This document shows, piece by piece, positions 20,814-30,469 of a DNA stretch of 64,000 nucleotides. The first letter of the stretch is position 1. Each line of letters starts with the position of its first letter. The stretch is taken from the NCBI GenBank assembly GCA_036493895.1, contig DASXOZ010000081.1, forward strand, positions 201-64,200, read 5' to 3'. The translations under genes and the position numbers were made by a program. Origin of the DNA: Candidatus Binatia bacterium. GTDB lineage: Bacteria; Desulfobacterota; Binatia; UBA1149; CAITLU01. The notes under the pieces were generated by a model that saw only the letters and a program-made list of their open reading frames with translations, was not told the origin of the DNA and did no database searches.

Positions 20814-22295
20814 ATGGCCGCAACCGCAGCAGACCTTCGCGCCGATCTTCCCGCCACCGCACGCAACACCGGCAAGCTGTTCATCGACAACAAGTTCGTC
20901 GAGGCGGCCAGCGGAAAAACGTTCGAGACCGTCAATCCCGCCACCGAAGCGGTACTGACCGACGTTGCCGAAGGCGACAAAGTCGACGTGGACAAGGCCG
21001 TGACCGCCGCGCGCCGTGCGTTCGATTCGGGCGCGTGGCCGAAAATGACGGCGCGCGAGCGCGGGCGCCTGCTGCTGCGCATCGCCGACCTCATCCTCGA
21101 GCACAAGGACGAGCTTGCGCGCCTGGAGACCCTCGACAACGGCAAACCCATCGGCGAGACGAGCAACGTCGACATTCCGCAGGCCGCCGAAGTGTTCGCG
21201 TACTACGGAGGCTGGGCAGACAAGGTTTTCGGCCAGACGATCCCGGTGGCCGATTCGTTCTTCGCCTACACGCTGCGTGAGCCGCACGGGGTGTGCGGGC
21301 AGATCATCCCGTGGAACTTCCCGCTGCTGATGGCTTCGTGGAAGCTCGCGCCGGCGCTGGCGTGCGGCAACACCTGCGTGCTCAAGCCGGCCGAGCAGAC
21401 GCCGTTGACGGCGCTGCGCCTTGCCGAAATCCTGCTGGAGGCCGGCGTCCCCCCTGGTGTCGTCAACATCGTCACCGGCTTCGGGCCGACGGCGGGCGCC
21501 GCGATCGCCGAGCACCGCGACGTCGACAAGGTCGCATTCACCGGCTCGACCGAAGTCGGCCGCATCATCCAGAGGGCGGCCGCGGGCAACTTGAAGAGCG
21601 TGTCGCTCGAGCTCGGCGGCAAGTCGCCGAACATCGTCTTTGCCGACGCCGACCTCGACGCGGCAGTCCGTGGCGCGCTGCAGGGGATCTTCTTCAACCA
21701 GGGCGAGGTCTGCTGCGCCGGATCCCGCCTTTTCGTCGAGGAATCGGTGCACGACCAGTTCATCGAAAAACTCGCCGAGCACGCGCGCACCATTCGCGTC
21801 GGCGATCCGCTGGACCCGGCAACGCAGATGGGCGCCCAGGTCAGCGAAGAGCAGTTCACGAAGATCCTCGGCTACATCGATGCGGGAAAGAGCGGCGGCG
21901 CCAGGCTCGTCACCGGCGGGAGCCGCGCGAAGGACAAGGGCTACTTCCTGCAGCCGACGATTTTCACCGGCGTCAAGCCGGAGATGAAGATCGCGAAAGA
22001 GGAGATCTTCGGTCCGGTCGTCTCCGCGCTGACGTTCCACGACATCGACGAAGCGATCGCCGAGGGCAACGCGACCAACTACGGCCTTGCCGCTGCCGTC
22101 TGGACTCGCGACATCTCGAAGGCCCATCGTGCAGCGCGGGCCCTGAAAGCGGGTACGATCTGGGTCAACACCTACAACGTGTTCGACGCGGGGGTGCCGT
22201 TCGGCGGCTACAAGGAGAGCGGAATCGGCCGCGAGCTCGGCTCGCACGCGCTCGATCTGTACACGCAGACCAAGGCGGTTTGGGTGGCTCTGTAG
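20814..22295 (+). CDS. NAD(P)-dependent aldehyde dehydrogenase
   Basis: ALDH motifs [28 protein letters not shown] (catalytic Cys), EEIFGPV. Strong RBS aggaggaacttcc before the ATG at 20814. Confidence 0.9.
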   Translation: MAATAADLRADLPATARNTGKLFIDNKFVEAASGKTFETVNPATEAVLTDVAEGDKVDVDKAVTAARRAFDSGAWPKMTARERGRLLLRIADLILEHKDELARLETLDNGKPIGETSNVDIPQAAEVFAYYGGWADKVFGQTIPVADSFFAYTLREPHGVCGQIIPWNFPLLMASWKLAPALACGNTCVLKPAEQTPLTALRLAEILLEAGVPPGVVNIVTGFGPTAGAAIAEHRDVDKVAFTGSTEVGRIIQRAAAGNLKSVSLELGGKSPNIVFADADLDAAVRGALQGIFFNQGEVCCAGSRLFVEESVHDQFIEKLAEHARTIRVGDPLDPATQMGAQVSEEQFTKILGYIDAGKSGGARLVTGGSRAKDKGYFLQPTIFTGVKPEMKIAKEEIFGPVVSALTFHDIDEAIAEGNATNYGLAAAVWTRDISKAHRAARALKAGTIWVNTYNVFDAGVPFGGYKESGIGRELGSHALDLYTQTKAVWVAL

Positions 22296-22361
22296 CGCAA
22301 CGGATCGCGGCGGCGCCGCACGACGCTGCAGGTTTTGTAGCGTCGCGGCGGCGCTGCGCGG

Positions 22362-22994
22362 TCAGAGCGTCGTCGCTGTCGCTGTCGTCGTCGTCGTGCC
22401 GGTGCCTCGCAGCTCGGTGTGCACCGAGTCGACGAGGTTGGCGATCTTGCCTTCGAGCGTCGACTCGTCGCCCTTGGTCACGCACCTGCCGGTCGCCTCG
22501 ATCTTCGTGAACGCGTTCCTCAGTCGCTGGGCCGGCGGCTGGATGCACAGCGGATCGAGCGTCGTCGAATTTGCATCGGCAGTCGCGTTGCAGCGGAAGA
22601 AGCTCGCGCAGGCCTTCCCGAGAGATCCCATCTTGACCGCCGCGCAGTGGCCGCCGGCCAGCGTGAGGCTGCTGGCAACGTCGTCGTCGCCCATGGTGAG
22701 CTGATCTCCGACACTCGGCATGATGCCCTTGACCAGGCAGTTGGCAACCGCTTCGACCGCTGCAGCCGCCGTCACCAGCTTCTGCTTCTGCTTGGCGATG
22801 CAGTCCTGGCTCAGCGCCGTGCCGCTCGACATCGCCTTGGCGTAGCAATGCGCGATGCCCTTGCAGGCTCCGCCGGAGTAGCGTTGCTGCGCGGCGAGGC
22901 ATTCCTGGGCAGTCGTCTGCGCGAGTGCGGGCGATGCGGCAGCGACGAGCGCTGCCGCCAGTGCGAGCGCGGTTGCGGTGCGGAACAGTCCCAT
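22362..22994 (-). CDS. Secreted Cys-rich protein of unknown function with a poly-Thr C-terminal tail
   Basis: Signal peptide MGLFRTATALALAAALVAAASPALAQ, 10 Cys residues, and a C-terminus TGTTTTTATATTL. Confidence 0.5.
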   Translation of the reverse strand: MGLFRTATALALAAALVAAASPALAQTTAQECLAAQQRYSGGACKGIAHCYAKAMSSGTALSQDCIAKQKQKLVTAAAAVEAVANCLVKGIMPSVGDQLTMGDDDVASSLTLAGGHCAAVKMGSLGKACASFFRCNATADANSTTLDPLCIQPPAQRLRNAFTKIEATGRCVTKGDESTLEGKIANLVDSVHTELRGTGTTTTTATATTL

Positions 22995-23228
22995 CGGTGG
23001 TTTCTCCCCTCGTTCGCGGTGCGCTGCTGCGCCCCGACGAATCGGCAGACCACGCTAGCAGCGCATCGCCGGGACGTCGATGCGCTTCGTCGATATGGGA
23101 AGAAGCAGTCCTCGCGAACTTCTGAGTAGGTTCTCAATTCCTCGAATGAAAACCTTGCACGGACGCGGCGGAGCGGAACGGTGCACTTGGCGCCGGTTCT
23201 CTGCAGCCGCGGCGGTCCTGCCGCGCGT

Positions 23229-23549
23229 TCAGGACCCGGGGCGCCGGTACGCGACTTTCTTCTTTGCCGCGGTGTCGACCTCGGACGGGGAGATTAGCGC
23301 CGTCGTCTTGTAGGCAACCGAGCCCGTCGCGCTCACCGCGAGCGACATCGCTACCGCACTCGCATTGTCGGGCAGCTCCGCGATCACGATCGCATCGCGA
23401 ATGCCGAACGTGAAATAGAACGCTTCGACCTTGCCGCCGAGCTTGCTGACGGCTTTCTCGACGGCCTTGCGACGTCTGGAGCCCCCGTCCTTCAGCAGCC
23501 CCTTGGTTCCCTCCGCCGTGTAATCCACTTCGAAAAGGTATTTCGGCAT
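23229..23549 (-). CDS. GYD-domain protein
   Basis: MPKYLFEVDYTAEGTKGLLKDGGSRRRKAVEKAVSKLGGKVEAFYFTFGIRDAIVIAELPD is a typical GYD-family small protein. Confidence 0.7.
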   Translation of the reverse strand: MPKYLFEVDYTAEGTKGLLKDGGSRRRKAVEKAVSKLGGKVEAFYFTFGIRDAIVIAELPDNASAVAMSLAVSATGSVAYKTTALISPSEVDTAAKKKVAYRRPGS

Positions 23550-23673
23550 CGCAGTTCTCCTTCGGGTGTCTCGTGGGTGTCTTCGCGGTCGTCGTTGCGG
23601 GCTGTCGTCGCGCGAGCCGGGACAGCGTCGGGGATTGCGCGCGTGGGGTCGCAGTGTTTACTCGTCCGCGGTT

Positions 23674-24321
23674 TCAGCGCGAACCGAAGCAGGCGGCGAG
23701 GATGGAACGCCCCGACTCGGTGGCAGACTGGGCCAGGAGCCGCTCGATGGCGCGGGCGGCGAAGGCGAAGACGGCTGCGTCACCGGCCAGCTGGAAGCGC
23801 CGGTTGGCCTCCTGGAGAAACGCGTGCAGCTCGAACGCGACTTCGCCAGCCTCGGGCTCGCCGCTGAGGTGCCCCTCTTCGATTGCGCGCCCGGCCTCGA
23901 CGGCGAGCAGGTCCGTCCACGACGTGACCAGCGTCGCAACCCGGTCGCGGACACGGCCCGGCCGGTCGTCGATCTCGGGAACGACGGCGGCAAAAAAGCA
24001 GCCGCCGCGCAGCAGTCCCTTTTCGATGTAGCCGAGCCATGCGAGCGCGATGTTCGCGAGCCTGGCCAACGCCGGCGGCGCGCTGTCCACGCCGGCCAGG
24101 ACCTCGCGCTCGAACATTGCGGCAGCGGCCTCAACCACCGCAAGCTCCAGCTCTTCGCGGGAGCCGAAGTGGGCGAACAGGCCGCTCTTGCTCATCGGCA
24201 GTGCCCGCGACAGGCGGCCTATCGTCAGGCCCGCCAGCCCTTCGACTGATGCGAGGTCCACGGCCCGGGCCAGAATCGCCTCGCGGGTCTGGAGAGAATC
24301 GGCAAGGCTGCGCCTGGGCAT
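23674..24321 (-). CDS. TetR-family transcriptional repressor
   Basis: N-terminal HTH (REAILARAVDLASVEGLAGLTIGRLSRALPMSKSGLFAHFGSREEL). The ATG at 24321 lies inside ORF 23674..24588. Confidence 0.85.
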   Translation of the reverse strand: MPRRSLADSLQTREAILARAVDLASVEGLAGLTIGRLSRALPMSKSGLFAHFGSREELELAVVEAAAAMFEREVLAGVDSAPPALARLANIALAWLGYIEKGLLRGGCFFAAVVPEIDDRPGRVRDRVATLVTSWTDLLAVEAGRAIEEGHLSGEPEAGEVAFELHAFLQEANRRFQLAGDAAVFAFAARAIERLLAQSATESGRSILAACFGSR

Positions 24322-24337
24322 GATCCGGCATCTTACG

Positions 24338-24375
24338 GCACGATCGTACTTTAGACTATAAAAGCACGATCGTGC
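24338..24375. promoter_or_regulatory. Two palindromic operator-like sites in the TetR/ferritin-like divergent promoter region
   Basis: gcacgatcgtac at 24338-24349 and the perfect 12-bp palindrome gcacgatcgtgc at 24364-24375, both embedded in an unusually AT-rich stretch (tttagactataaaag...ctaattaaaatcg). Confidence 0.55.
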
Positions 24376-24593
24376 GCTAATTAAAATCGACGGGGCGCGT
24401 GTTTCCACTCCCGTGACCCGCCGCGCGTTTCCCTCCGGAGCACGCGGTATTCTTCCCCGAACGCACCAAGAAACAGGTGTTTGGGCGGCCGGGTTGGGGT
24501 TCGGCCTCCCCGGACGAGGTGGATGCACATCACATAATGCGCTTGAAGGTTCTGTGGCCCCGGCCGTTCGTATATAAGCGACCGACAAGGGTT

Positions 24594-25214
24594 ATGAACC
24601 TGCTTTCGACAGTTACCGGTCCCGGCGCCCCGAGCACCGAGTCCCTCATCCGGATCTTCAGCTTCTACCGCGACGCCGAGATTCGCGGCGCATCGCTGTT
24701 GATGAAGATGACGCAGAGGGAAAAGGACCCCGAAGCCCAGGTACTCTTCTCGCGCCACATCGCCGACGAGACGCGCCACGCGTGGCTGTGGACCAAGCGC
24801 ATTCGCCAGCTGGGCGGCATGCCGGTCGAGGTTCCCGACGGTTACCAGAGACGCCTCGGAAAGAAGCTCGGCTTTCCTGCGAACATCGTCGACCTGTTCG
24901 CGCTCACGGTGATCGTCGAAGAACGATCCGTCAGTCGCTACTCCGAGCATGCGGCCAGCCGCTGGTGCGACGACATCACGCGCGAAGTCCTCGACGAGCT
25001 CACCAAGGACGAGAAGTGGCACATCTCGTGGATGGAAGAGTGGATGTTCCGGATGGCGAGGCAGCACGGCGGCGAAGAAAAAGCGCGCGCGCAGCTCGGA
25101 CGCTACCGCCACATCGAGCTAGAAGTCTTCGAAGAGTTCAAGGAAGACGAACGGCGCTGGCTCGGCTTTTCGTTCTCCGATGAAGAGCCCGTCGCCAACG
25201 CCGTCGGCATCTGA
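24594..25214 (+). CDS. Ferritin-like diiron-carboxylate protein (putative oxygenase, rubrerythrin / MiaE / ADO-like fold)
   Basis: 206 aa from the ATG at 24594 (aagg RBS, tatataag upstream). It has two ExxH motifs (ADETRHAW, KDEKWHISW) plus additional Glu ligands (DAEIRG, IVEERS), the hallmark of a four-helix-bundle diiron site. Confidence 0.65.
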   Translation: MNLLSTVTGPGAPSTESLIRIFSFYRDAEIRGASLLMKMTQREKDPEAQVLFSRHIADETRHAWLWTKRIRQLGGMPVEVPDGYQRRLGKKLGFPANIVDLFALTVIVEERSVSRYSEHAASRWCDDITREVLDELTKDEKWHISWMEEWMFRMARQHGGEEKARAQLGRYRHIELEVFEEFKEDERRWLGFSFSDEEPVANAVGI

Positions 25215-25440
25215 CATCGCCGGCTCGCCGAATTCCGTACTGATCGGCATTGCCGGCTCGCGGCAACGCCTCGTCACTCCCTGCCTCGTGCTCGACCTCG
25301 ACGCGCTGGCGCTCGGCTCGGCCGTCGAGTGCGTCGTCCCGCACTGCGACCCGACGGTAAACCTCTACGACCACTTCCACTGCGTGCGTGGGGACGACAT
25401 GGCGGACGTCTGGCCGGTGGACGTGCGCGGCGCCGCCTGA
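25180..25440 (+). CDS. Candidate small Cys/His-containing ORF (86 aa). Doubtful.
   Basis: ...CLVLDLDALALGSAVECVVPHCDPTVNLYDHFHCVRGDD... It overlaps the 3' end of the ferritin-like gene in another frame and has no family assignment. Confidence 0.15.
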   Translation: MKSPSPTPSASDIAGSPNSVLIGIAGSRQRLVTPCLVLDLDALALGSAVECVVPHCDPTVNLYDHFHCVRGDDMADVWPVDVRGAA

Positions 25441-25481
25441 ACGGAGTCCCGCCGAGCGTCTTTCGCTCTTTCGCCGCGGTA

Positions 25482-27770
25482 TTACGGCGCTTCGACGGTG
25501 ACGCGCCGGACGTTGACGACGGGAAGGAACGACGAAGAAACCTCGATGTCGATCGAGTCCGTGTCGAGGCGCGGCAACTCCACGACGACGGATCCTTTGC
25601 CGGAGATTCTCGATGAGCCCAGCATCGTCGGAGCGTTTCCGTCGGTGGAGTGAACCGCGACTCGCAGCTCGTCGACGGCCCTTGCCGTCGCGCCATCCAC
25701 GCGCAGCACCAGGTCGTCGCGACCATGAAGCCGGGTCAAATCGAGGTGGCACGCTCTCGCCGGCGGTGCAGCCAGCCACGGGTTGCGGCCCGTCATCGGC
25801 ATTGCCGGTGCGCACGCGGCTTCGACCACCGTCTGCAAACCTTTGTCGTCCTTCGACTGCAGCACGACCCGAGAGCGCGGATCCGGCGACGCATCGACGA
25901 CGCAGAGCGCGTAAGCACCTGCCGAGTACAGCACCGAACTGCAGCGCGGCAGCAGCCGCGACCGTGGATCGAACGCTGCGTGTGTCGCAGTCACCGCCGC
26001 CGCCCGCTCGAGTGCGCCCGCATCGGGATCGCCGTCGAGCAGCGCAGAGCGGGCGCGCAAGCGTGCTTCGCCAACGGCGCGCGAGCCGCAGAACACGATT
26101 GTCGAGCGGTCGAGCGCAGCGAGGACGTGATGGCCGGTCAGTGCGGGAAGGCGTTCGGCCAGCTCCGGTGCCGCAACGATGATGGAGTCGGGTGGCAGAG
26201 CGGCGACGGCTGCGACGAGACCCTGGAAATCAGGGTCTGCCGGCGGTGACAGCCGCGCGCGCACGTCGGCGAAGTGATCGTGCGCAGCGACGAACGCGCC
26301 CGGAAGCCCGAGACAGACCAGCAGCAGCGCGGCCGCACGCTCGCCGCGCGCGATGCGCGAGCCGAATGCATCGGCAGCGATGGCCGCCAGCGGCGCGAGC
26401 GGCAGGATCCACAGCACGCGGTAGACCATCCACGGAGGAATGATGCTGCCGGCCAGCGCGGGCAGCGGCGGCACGAAGGCGAGCGCGAGCGGTACCAGCG
26501 TCGTCGTCGCGAGGTAGGCCCCGGTGACGGCGTCATGCGCGAGAGTTTCGCCCGCGTTTCCCGATGGCGTGAGCAGCGAGCGGCGACGCGCCGCGATGAC
26601 GATTCCGGCCAGCGCGAGCAGCGCGACAGGGTGCAGCAGCAGGCGCGGCGTGACGACATAGCCGCCCGAGTCGAGCAGGATCAATCGCTCGCGCCCCTCG
26701 TGCACGCGCACGACCGGATGATCGGGAGAGCGAAGATCGGCGCCGATGTCATCGAGACGCGAGCGTACGACGAGGCCTTCGGCGGCCGGTGCAAGCGCGA
26801 CGACGACCAGGATCGCGCCGCAGGCCCCGAGGATACGGCGGCGATCCGGCGCTGCGGCGGCGACGAGCAGCGCAAACGGCAGCAGCGCGACGAGCACGAA
26901 CGCGAACGCCAGTGCATGGACCGCCGCCGTGGCGACGCAGACGAGCGCGAGCAGCGCCAGGTCGATCGGCGAACGTGTCGGAGTGCGAATGCAGCGAAGG
27001 AACATCGAGACGCAGAGCGGGAACAGCACGGATGCCGCAAGGATCTTGTCCTCGCCCGCCCGCGCGAGCACGGGCACGAGGCCGCCACTCCACAGCAGCA
27101 CGGTTGCCAGGACGCAGAGCCGCCCGCGCGATCCGCGCCCGAACAACGCTGCGGCCAGGCTCTGCGCCGCTCCGATCGCGGCAGGGACGACGAGCACCGG
27201 CGCCATGCGCTCGTAGACGGCGACCGGATCGGTCGCCGACAGATGCGAGCACAGCGCAAGGCCGAACAGCCATGGATGCACGGCGAATCGTGCGAAGACC
27301 TGGCCGCTGCCGAGAAAAGGCTCGGCCAGCGTGAGCACTGCCGTGCTTGCGTAGCTGCGGACGTACGCGAGATACCACCAGCGGTCGATGCTGCCGACCG
27401 GCGCGAATAAGACGGCGGCGGCGCAGAGCACGATGAGCAGTTGCGAAAACAGGATCCGCGCGGCGAAGCTCGCCGGCCTGCCGGGCGTCTCGTGGATTTC
27501 CTCTGCTGCGCCGCGCGCGGCGATTCTTCGCGCGACGACGGCGGCCAGCGCGGTCACGGCCGCGAGGCTCGCCGAGCCCGCGGCGATCGAAGTGCCGAGA
27601 ATCAGGCAGCAGGCGAACGCGGCCGTCAGCAGCGCGAGCGAGACGGCAAAGCAGAGCGCGAGTTGTTCGAGGGGCCTGCCGCGCACCGATGCGGCGGCGA
27701 GGACGACTTCGCCGGGCAGGAGGAAGATCGCAGCGCCGGAAGCGGCGTCGGCGAGCGCTCCGGCAAGCAC
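25482..27770 (-). CDS. Large polytopic integral membrane protein (about 12 or more TM segments plus a roughly 200-aa C-terminal soluble domain). Possibly GT-C-type glycosyl/arabinosyl transferase-like.
   Basis: 762-aa ORF dominated by hydrophobic helices (e.g. LLALVCVATAAVHALAFAFVLVALLPFALLV) followed by a hydrophilic C-terminal domain. Immediately downstream of the LLM oxidoreductase gene on the same strand. Confidence 0.55.
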   Translation of the reverse strand: MLAGALADAASGAAIFLLPGEVVLAAASVRGRPLEQLALCFAVSLALLTAAFACCLILGTSIAAGSASLAAVTALAAVVARRIAARGAAEEIHETPGRPASFAARILFSQLLIVLCAAAVLFAPVGSIDRWWYLAYVRSYASTAVLTLAEPFLGSGQVFARFAVHPWLFGLALCSHLSATDPVAVYERMAPVLVVPAAIGAAQSLAAALFGRGSRGRLCVLATVLLWSGGLVPVLARAGEDKILAASVLFPLCVSMFLRCIRTPTRSPIDLALLALVCVATAAVHALAFAFVLVALLPFALLVAAAAPDRRRILGACGAILVVVALAPAAEGLVVRSRLDDIGADLRSPDHPVVRVHEGRERLILLDSGGYVVTPRLLLHPVALLALAGIVIAARRRSLLTPSGNAGETLAHDAVTGAYLATTTLVPLALAFVPPLPALAGSIIPPWMVYRVLWILPLAPLAAIAADAFGSRIARGERAAALLLVCLGLPGAFVAAHDHFADVRARLSPPADPDFQGLVAAVAALPPDSIIVAAPELAERLPALTGHHVLAALDRSTIVFCGSRAVGEARLRARSALLDGDPDAGALERAAAVTATHAAFDPRSRLLPRCSSVLYSAGAYALCVVDASPDPRSRVVLQSKDDKGLQTVVEAACAPAMPMTGRNPWLAAPPARACHLDLTRLHGRDDLVLRVDGATARAVDELRVAVHSTDGNAPTMLGSSRISGKGSVVVELPRLDTDSIDIEVSSSFLPVVNVRRVTVEAP

Positions 27771-27777
27771 TGGCGGC

Positions 27778-28830
27778 TCAGGCCGCCGGCGCCATGATCT
27801 GCAGGTACATCGAGCAGATCTCCGGGCCCATGTCGGTGGGCAGGCCGAGGATCGGAAGGTCGACGCCGGCGCGGCGCCACTGGCCGAGCCGCTCGCGGCA
27901 GAAGCCGGGCTCGCCCGCGATCACGAGCGCGTCCAGAAGCTCCGGCGAGACGGCCGCGGCGGCCTCGGGCTTCTGCCCCGCCACGTACAGGTCACGCACG
28001 AGGTCGCAATTTTCGCGGTATCCCATCCGCGAAAGCATGTCGTGGTAGTAGACGCCCATGCCGCCGACGTAGAACGAGATGATGCCCCTTGCCGAATGGT
28101 AGCTCATCTCCTTGTCCGGCATCGGGATCACCGTCGTGAACGGCGCCACGGCGATGTCCTTGACGTCGCGCCCGGATTTGGCCGCGCCTTCGGCGAGGAT
28201 CGCCACACCGCTCTCGAGCTGCTGCCACGGCCAGAACGTCGGCATCCATCCGTCGGCCAGCTCCCCGACCATGCGGATGGCCTTGTCGTTGAGGCAGGCA
28301 CAGAAGATCGGGATCCTTTCGCGCACCGGCGTCATCGCCAGCTTGAAGTGACGAAACTCCCAAAGGTCGACGCCCGCGTCGCTCAGGCGCTCACCCGCAA
28401 TCAGGCACTGGATCACCTTGATGTACTGGCGCAGCCGCGTCAGGGGTTTCTCGTAGGGTACGCCGTGGAATCCCGCGATGACCTTCTCCCCCGAGGTTCC
28501 GAGGCCGAGAATCAAGCGCCCTTCGGAGACTTCGTCGAGAGTGGCGGCATGCATCGCCAGCAGCGCAGGCGAGCGGCTGAACACGTTGACGATGCCGGTG
28601 GCCAGCTTGATGCGCCGGGTGTGTACCGCGATTTCCGTGAGCAGACTGAAGGCCTCGTATCCCCAGGCCTCGGGAATCCAGAACGAGTCGTAGCCGAGCT
28701 CGTCCGCCTCCTGGGCGTGACGCAGCACCTGCTTGCGGTTGTAGTTCTTCCAGAAGGCGACGAGCCCCGAGCGTTCGGCCACGGCGTTCTCCCTCGAGCG
28801 GCGAAGCGGGCCGCGCAACGAGGGAGCCAC
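27778..28830 (-). CDS. LLM-class (luciferase-like) flavin/F420-dependent oxidoreductase
   Basis: [71 protein letters not shown] is the luciferase-like monooxygenase TIM-barrel signature. Confidence 0.8.
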   Translation of the reverse strand: MAPSLRGPLRRSRENAVAERSGLVAFWKNYNRKQVLRHAQEADELGYDSFWIPEAWGYEAFSLLTEIAVHTRRIKLATGIVNVFSRSPALLAMHAATLDEVSEGRLILGLGTSGEKVIAGFHGVPYEKPLTRLRQYIKVIQCLIAGERLSDAGVDLWEFRHFKLAMTPVRERIPIFCACLNDKAIRMVGELADGWMPTFWPWQQLESGVAILAEGAAKSGRDVKDIAVAPFTTVIPMPDKEMSYHSARGIISFYVGGMGVYYHDMLSRMGYRENCDLVRDLYVAGQKPEAAAAVSPELLDALVIAGEPGFCRERLGQWRRAGVDLPILGLPTDMGPEICSMYLQIMAPAA

Positions 28831-28940
28831 TTAAGGAGGGCAGGACCGGGGAGTCAAGCGATGGAGACGTGACAGAGGTGCTGGCGGTCGCCTATGCTGT
28901 GCACTCGTGCGATGACGATGGACGGTTGGAGAGCGCGTCG

Positions 28941-29537
28941 ATGAAAATGCCCGACCCTTCGAGCGTGAAAACGCGACCGCGCCGCGCGCGGCGCCGCCCG
29001 TCGCCCTACGCACGCGGCGTCGTCGTGCTTCTCGTGGCGATGGTCGCATTCGCGCTCGGCCGTGCCACGGTGCACCCCAAACTGCCGCAGGTTACCGACG
29101 ATCCGAAGAGCGCGCCGGAAGTGATCCGCGGCAATCCCCTGGTCCTCGACGGCGATACGCTCGATTTCAACGGTCTTCGCGTGCGGCTCTTCGGCATCGA
29201 CGCGCCCGAGCGCGACCAGATGTGCCAGCAGGCCGACGGGACGCACTACGGCTGCGGCGTGATTTCGCGCGAGGAGCTGGCGCGCGAAATAAGCGAGCAG
29301 GCCGTCGAGTGCACGCGCCGCGACATCGATCGCTACGGGCGTGTCGTCGCCGTCTGCCGCACGCGCAAGGGCGACCTCGGGCAGTTCCTCGTCGAGCAAG
29401 GGATGGCGCTGGCATACCGGCGCTACAGCGAAGACTACGTCAAGGAAGAGGACCTCGCGCACAAGCTCGGTCGCGGCGTGTGGCAGGGCAACTTCGAGAA
29501 GCCCTGGGACTACCGTCACGAAGCGACAGAGCACTGA
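28941..29537 (+). CDS. Staphylococcal-nuclease-like (thermonuclease/SNase) protein with an N-terminal membrane anchor
   Basis: An N-terminal TM segment (VVVLLVAMVAFALG) followed by VIRGNPLVLDGDTLDFNGLRVRLFGIDAPE...GRVVAVC...LVEQGMALAYRRY, the SNase catalytic fold. Confidence 0.8.
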   Translation: MKMPDPSSVKTRPRRARRRPSPYARGVVVLLVAMVAFALGRATVHPKLPQVTDDPKSAPEVIRGNPLVLDGDTLDFNGLRVRLFGIDAPERDQMCQQADGTHYGCGVISREELAREISEQAVECTRRDIDRYGRVVAVCRTRKGDLGQFLVEQGMALAYRRYSEDYVKEEDLAHKLGRGVWQGNFEKPWDYRHEATEH

Positions 29538-29585
29538 TCGCGGACGGGGTTTTTCGACGAATCTGCGCCGGTCTTCGAGGTGACT

Positions 29586-30005
29586 TCAGGCCGACGATTT
29601 CTGCACGAGCTTCATCGTGTACGGGTGGTTCATGTAACGCACGCCGAGGTCGAGCCAGTACTTGTTCGCCATGAAATCGGCCACACGCGTGGCCATCTGC
29701 GGAGACTGGATCATCTCGACGTCGTCGAACTGCGCGCCGGCGATGCGGATCGACGTCATCGGCTTCGTGCTGCTGCAGTCGACGCGCGAGGCGGCCTGGG
29801 AGCCGAGGCGCACGTAGAGGTCGCCGTCGATGACAGCGACCCAGACGTACGACCAGTGCTCGCCTTCGCCCGGGCAGTCGGTGCGAAATTGAAGCGTCTG
29901 CTCGTCGCCCCATTTTGCCGGAGTCCAGTCGGCGGCCCTCGCCGCAGGTGCGCTCATCACGAGACAGGCGACAGACATCGCTGCCAGTTGCACGGCCAAT
30001 CGCAT
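29586..30005 (-). CDS. Secreted protein of unknown function
   Basis: Signal peptide MRLAVQLAAMSVACLVMSAPAARAAD followed by a 110-aa domain with conserved Cys/Trp. The ATG at 30005 lies inside ORF 29586..30362. Confidence 0.5.
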   Translation of the reverse strand: MRLAVQLAAMSVACLVMSAPAARAADWTPAKWGDEQTLQFRTDCPGEGEHWSYVWVAVIDGDLYVRLGSQAASRVDCSSTKPMTSIRIAGAQFDDVEMIQSPQMATRVADFMANKYWLDLGVRYMNHPYTMKLVQKSSA

Positions 30006-30278
30006 CGCAACCTCCGTCGGCGACGCTGCAAGGTCGCCTCTGTGAACCTCTACGCTCCGGGGAGACAACCGTCCAGCACCGTTGCCGCACTTCGCGGCAG
30101 CGGATTGCCCGGCGTGCAGGCAGGGTGACGGCATCCACGCAGTCGAGGCGTGCCCCGCCGATCGCAGCATACCGGCAAAAAGGCTGCGGGCTGCGCACCG
30201 CCGGTTGCGGGCCTGTCTGGCACATCCGTTGCATCGATCTGCACAGGCGGCCCGCGCGACTGCCGCCGCGAGCAAGGC

Positions 30279-30304
30279 GGAGGGTGCCTCACGGGGCACC
30301 CTCC
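30279..30304. other. Perfect 10-bp-stem hairpin in the 464-bp divergent intergenic region
   Basis: ggagggtgcc-tcacgg-ggcaccctcc, followed by aattt. Confidence 0.4.
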
Positions 30305-30469
30305 AATTTCCGGGAGCCTTCGTGGTTCCGAAAGTAACGCCGCCGACGGGCAAGGTCGCCATCCCCCGATGAGGCCTCCGCTTGCGCGGCGTTCTCTTTT
30401 TTTCCGGCCGCCGGCCGGTCGGGGCCTTCGTATTTCTCAGCGGACCGGCGGTGGCGTAGAGTCGCCCCC

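Noticed and set aside
22296-22361. Short direct repeats (tgtagcg...cgcggcggcgc twice) between the convergent ALDH and Cys-rich genes
   Set aside because: This is probably just a GC-rich convergent terminator region. The stems are weak and there is no clear U-tract.
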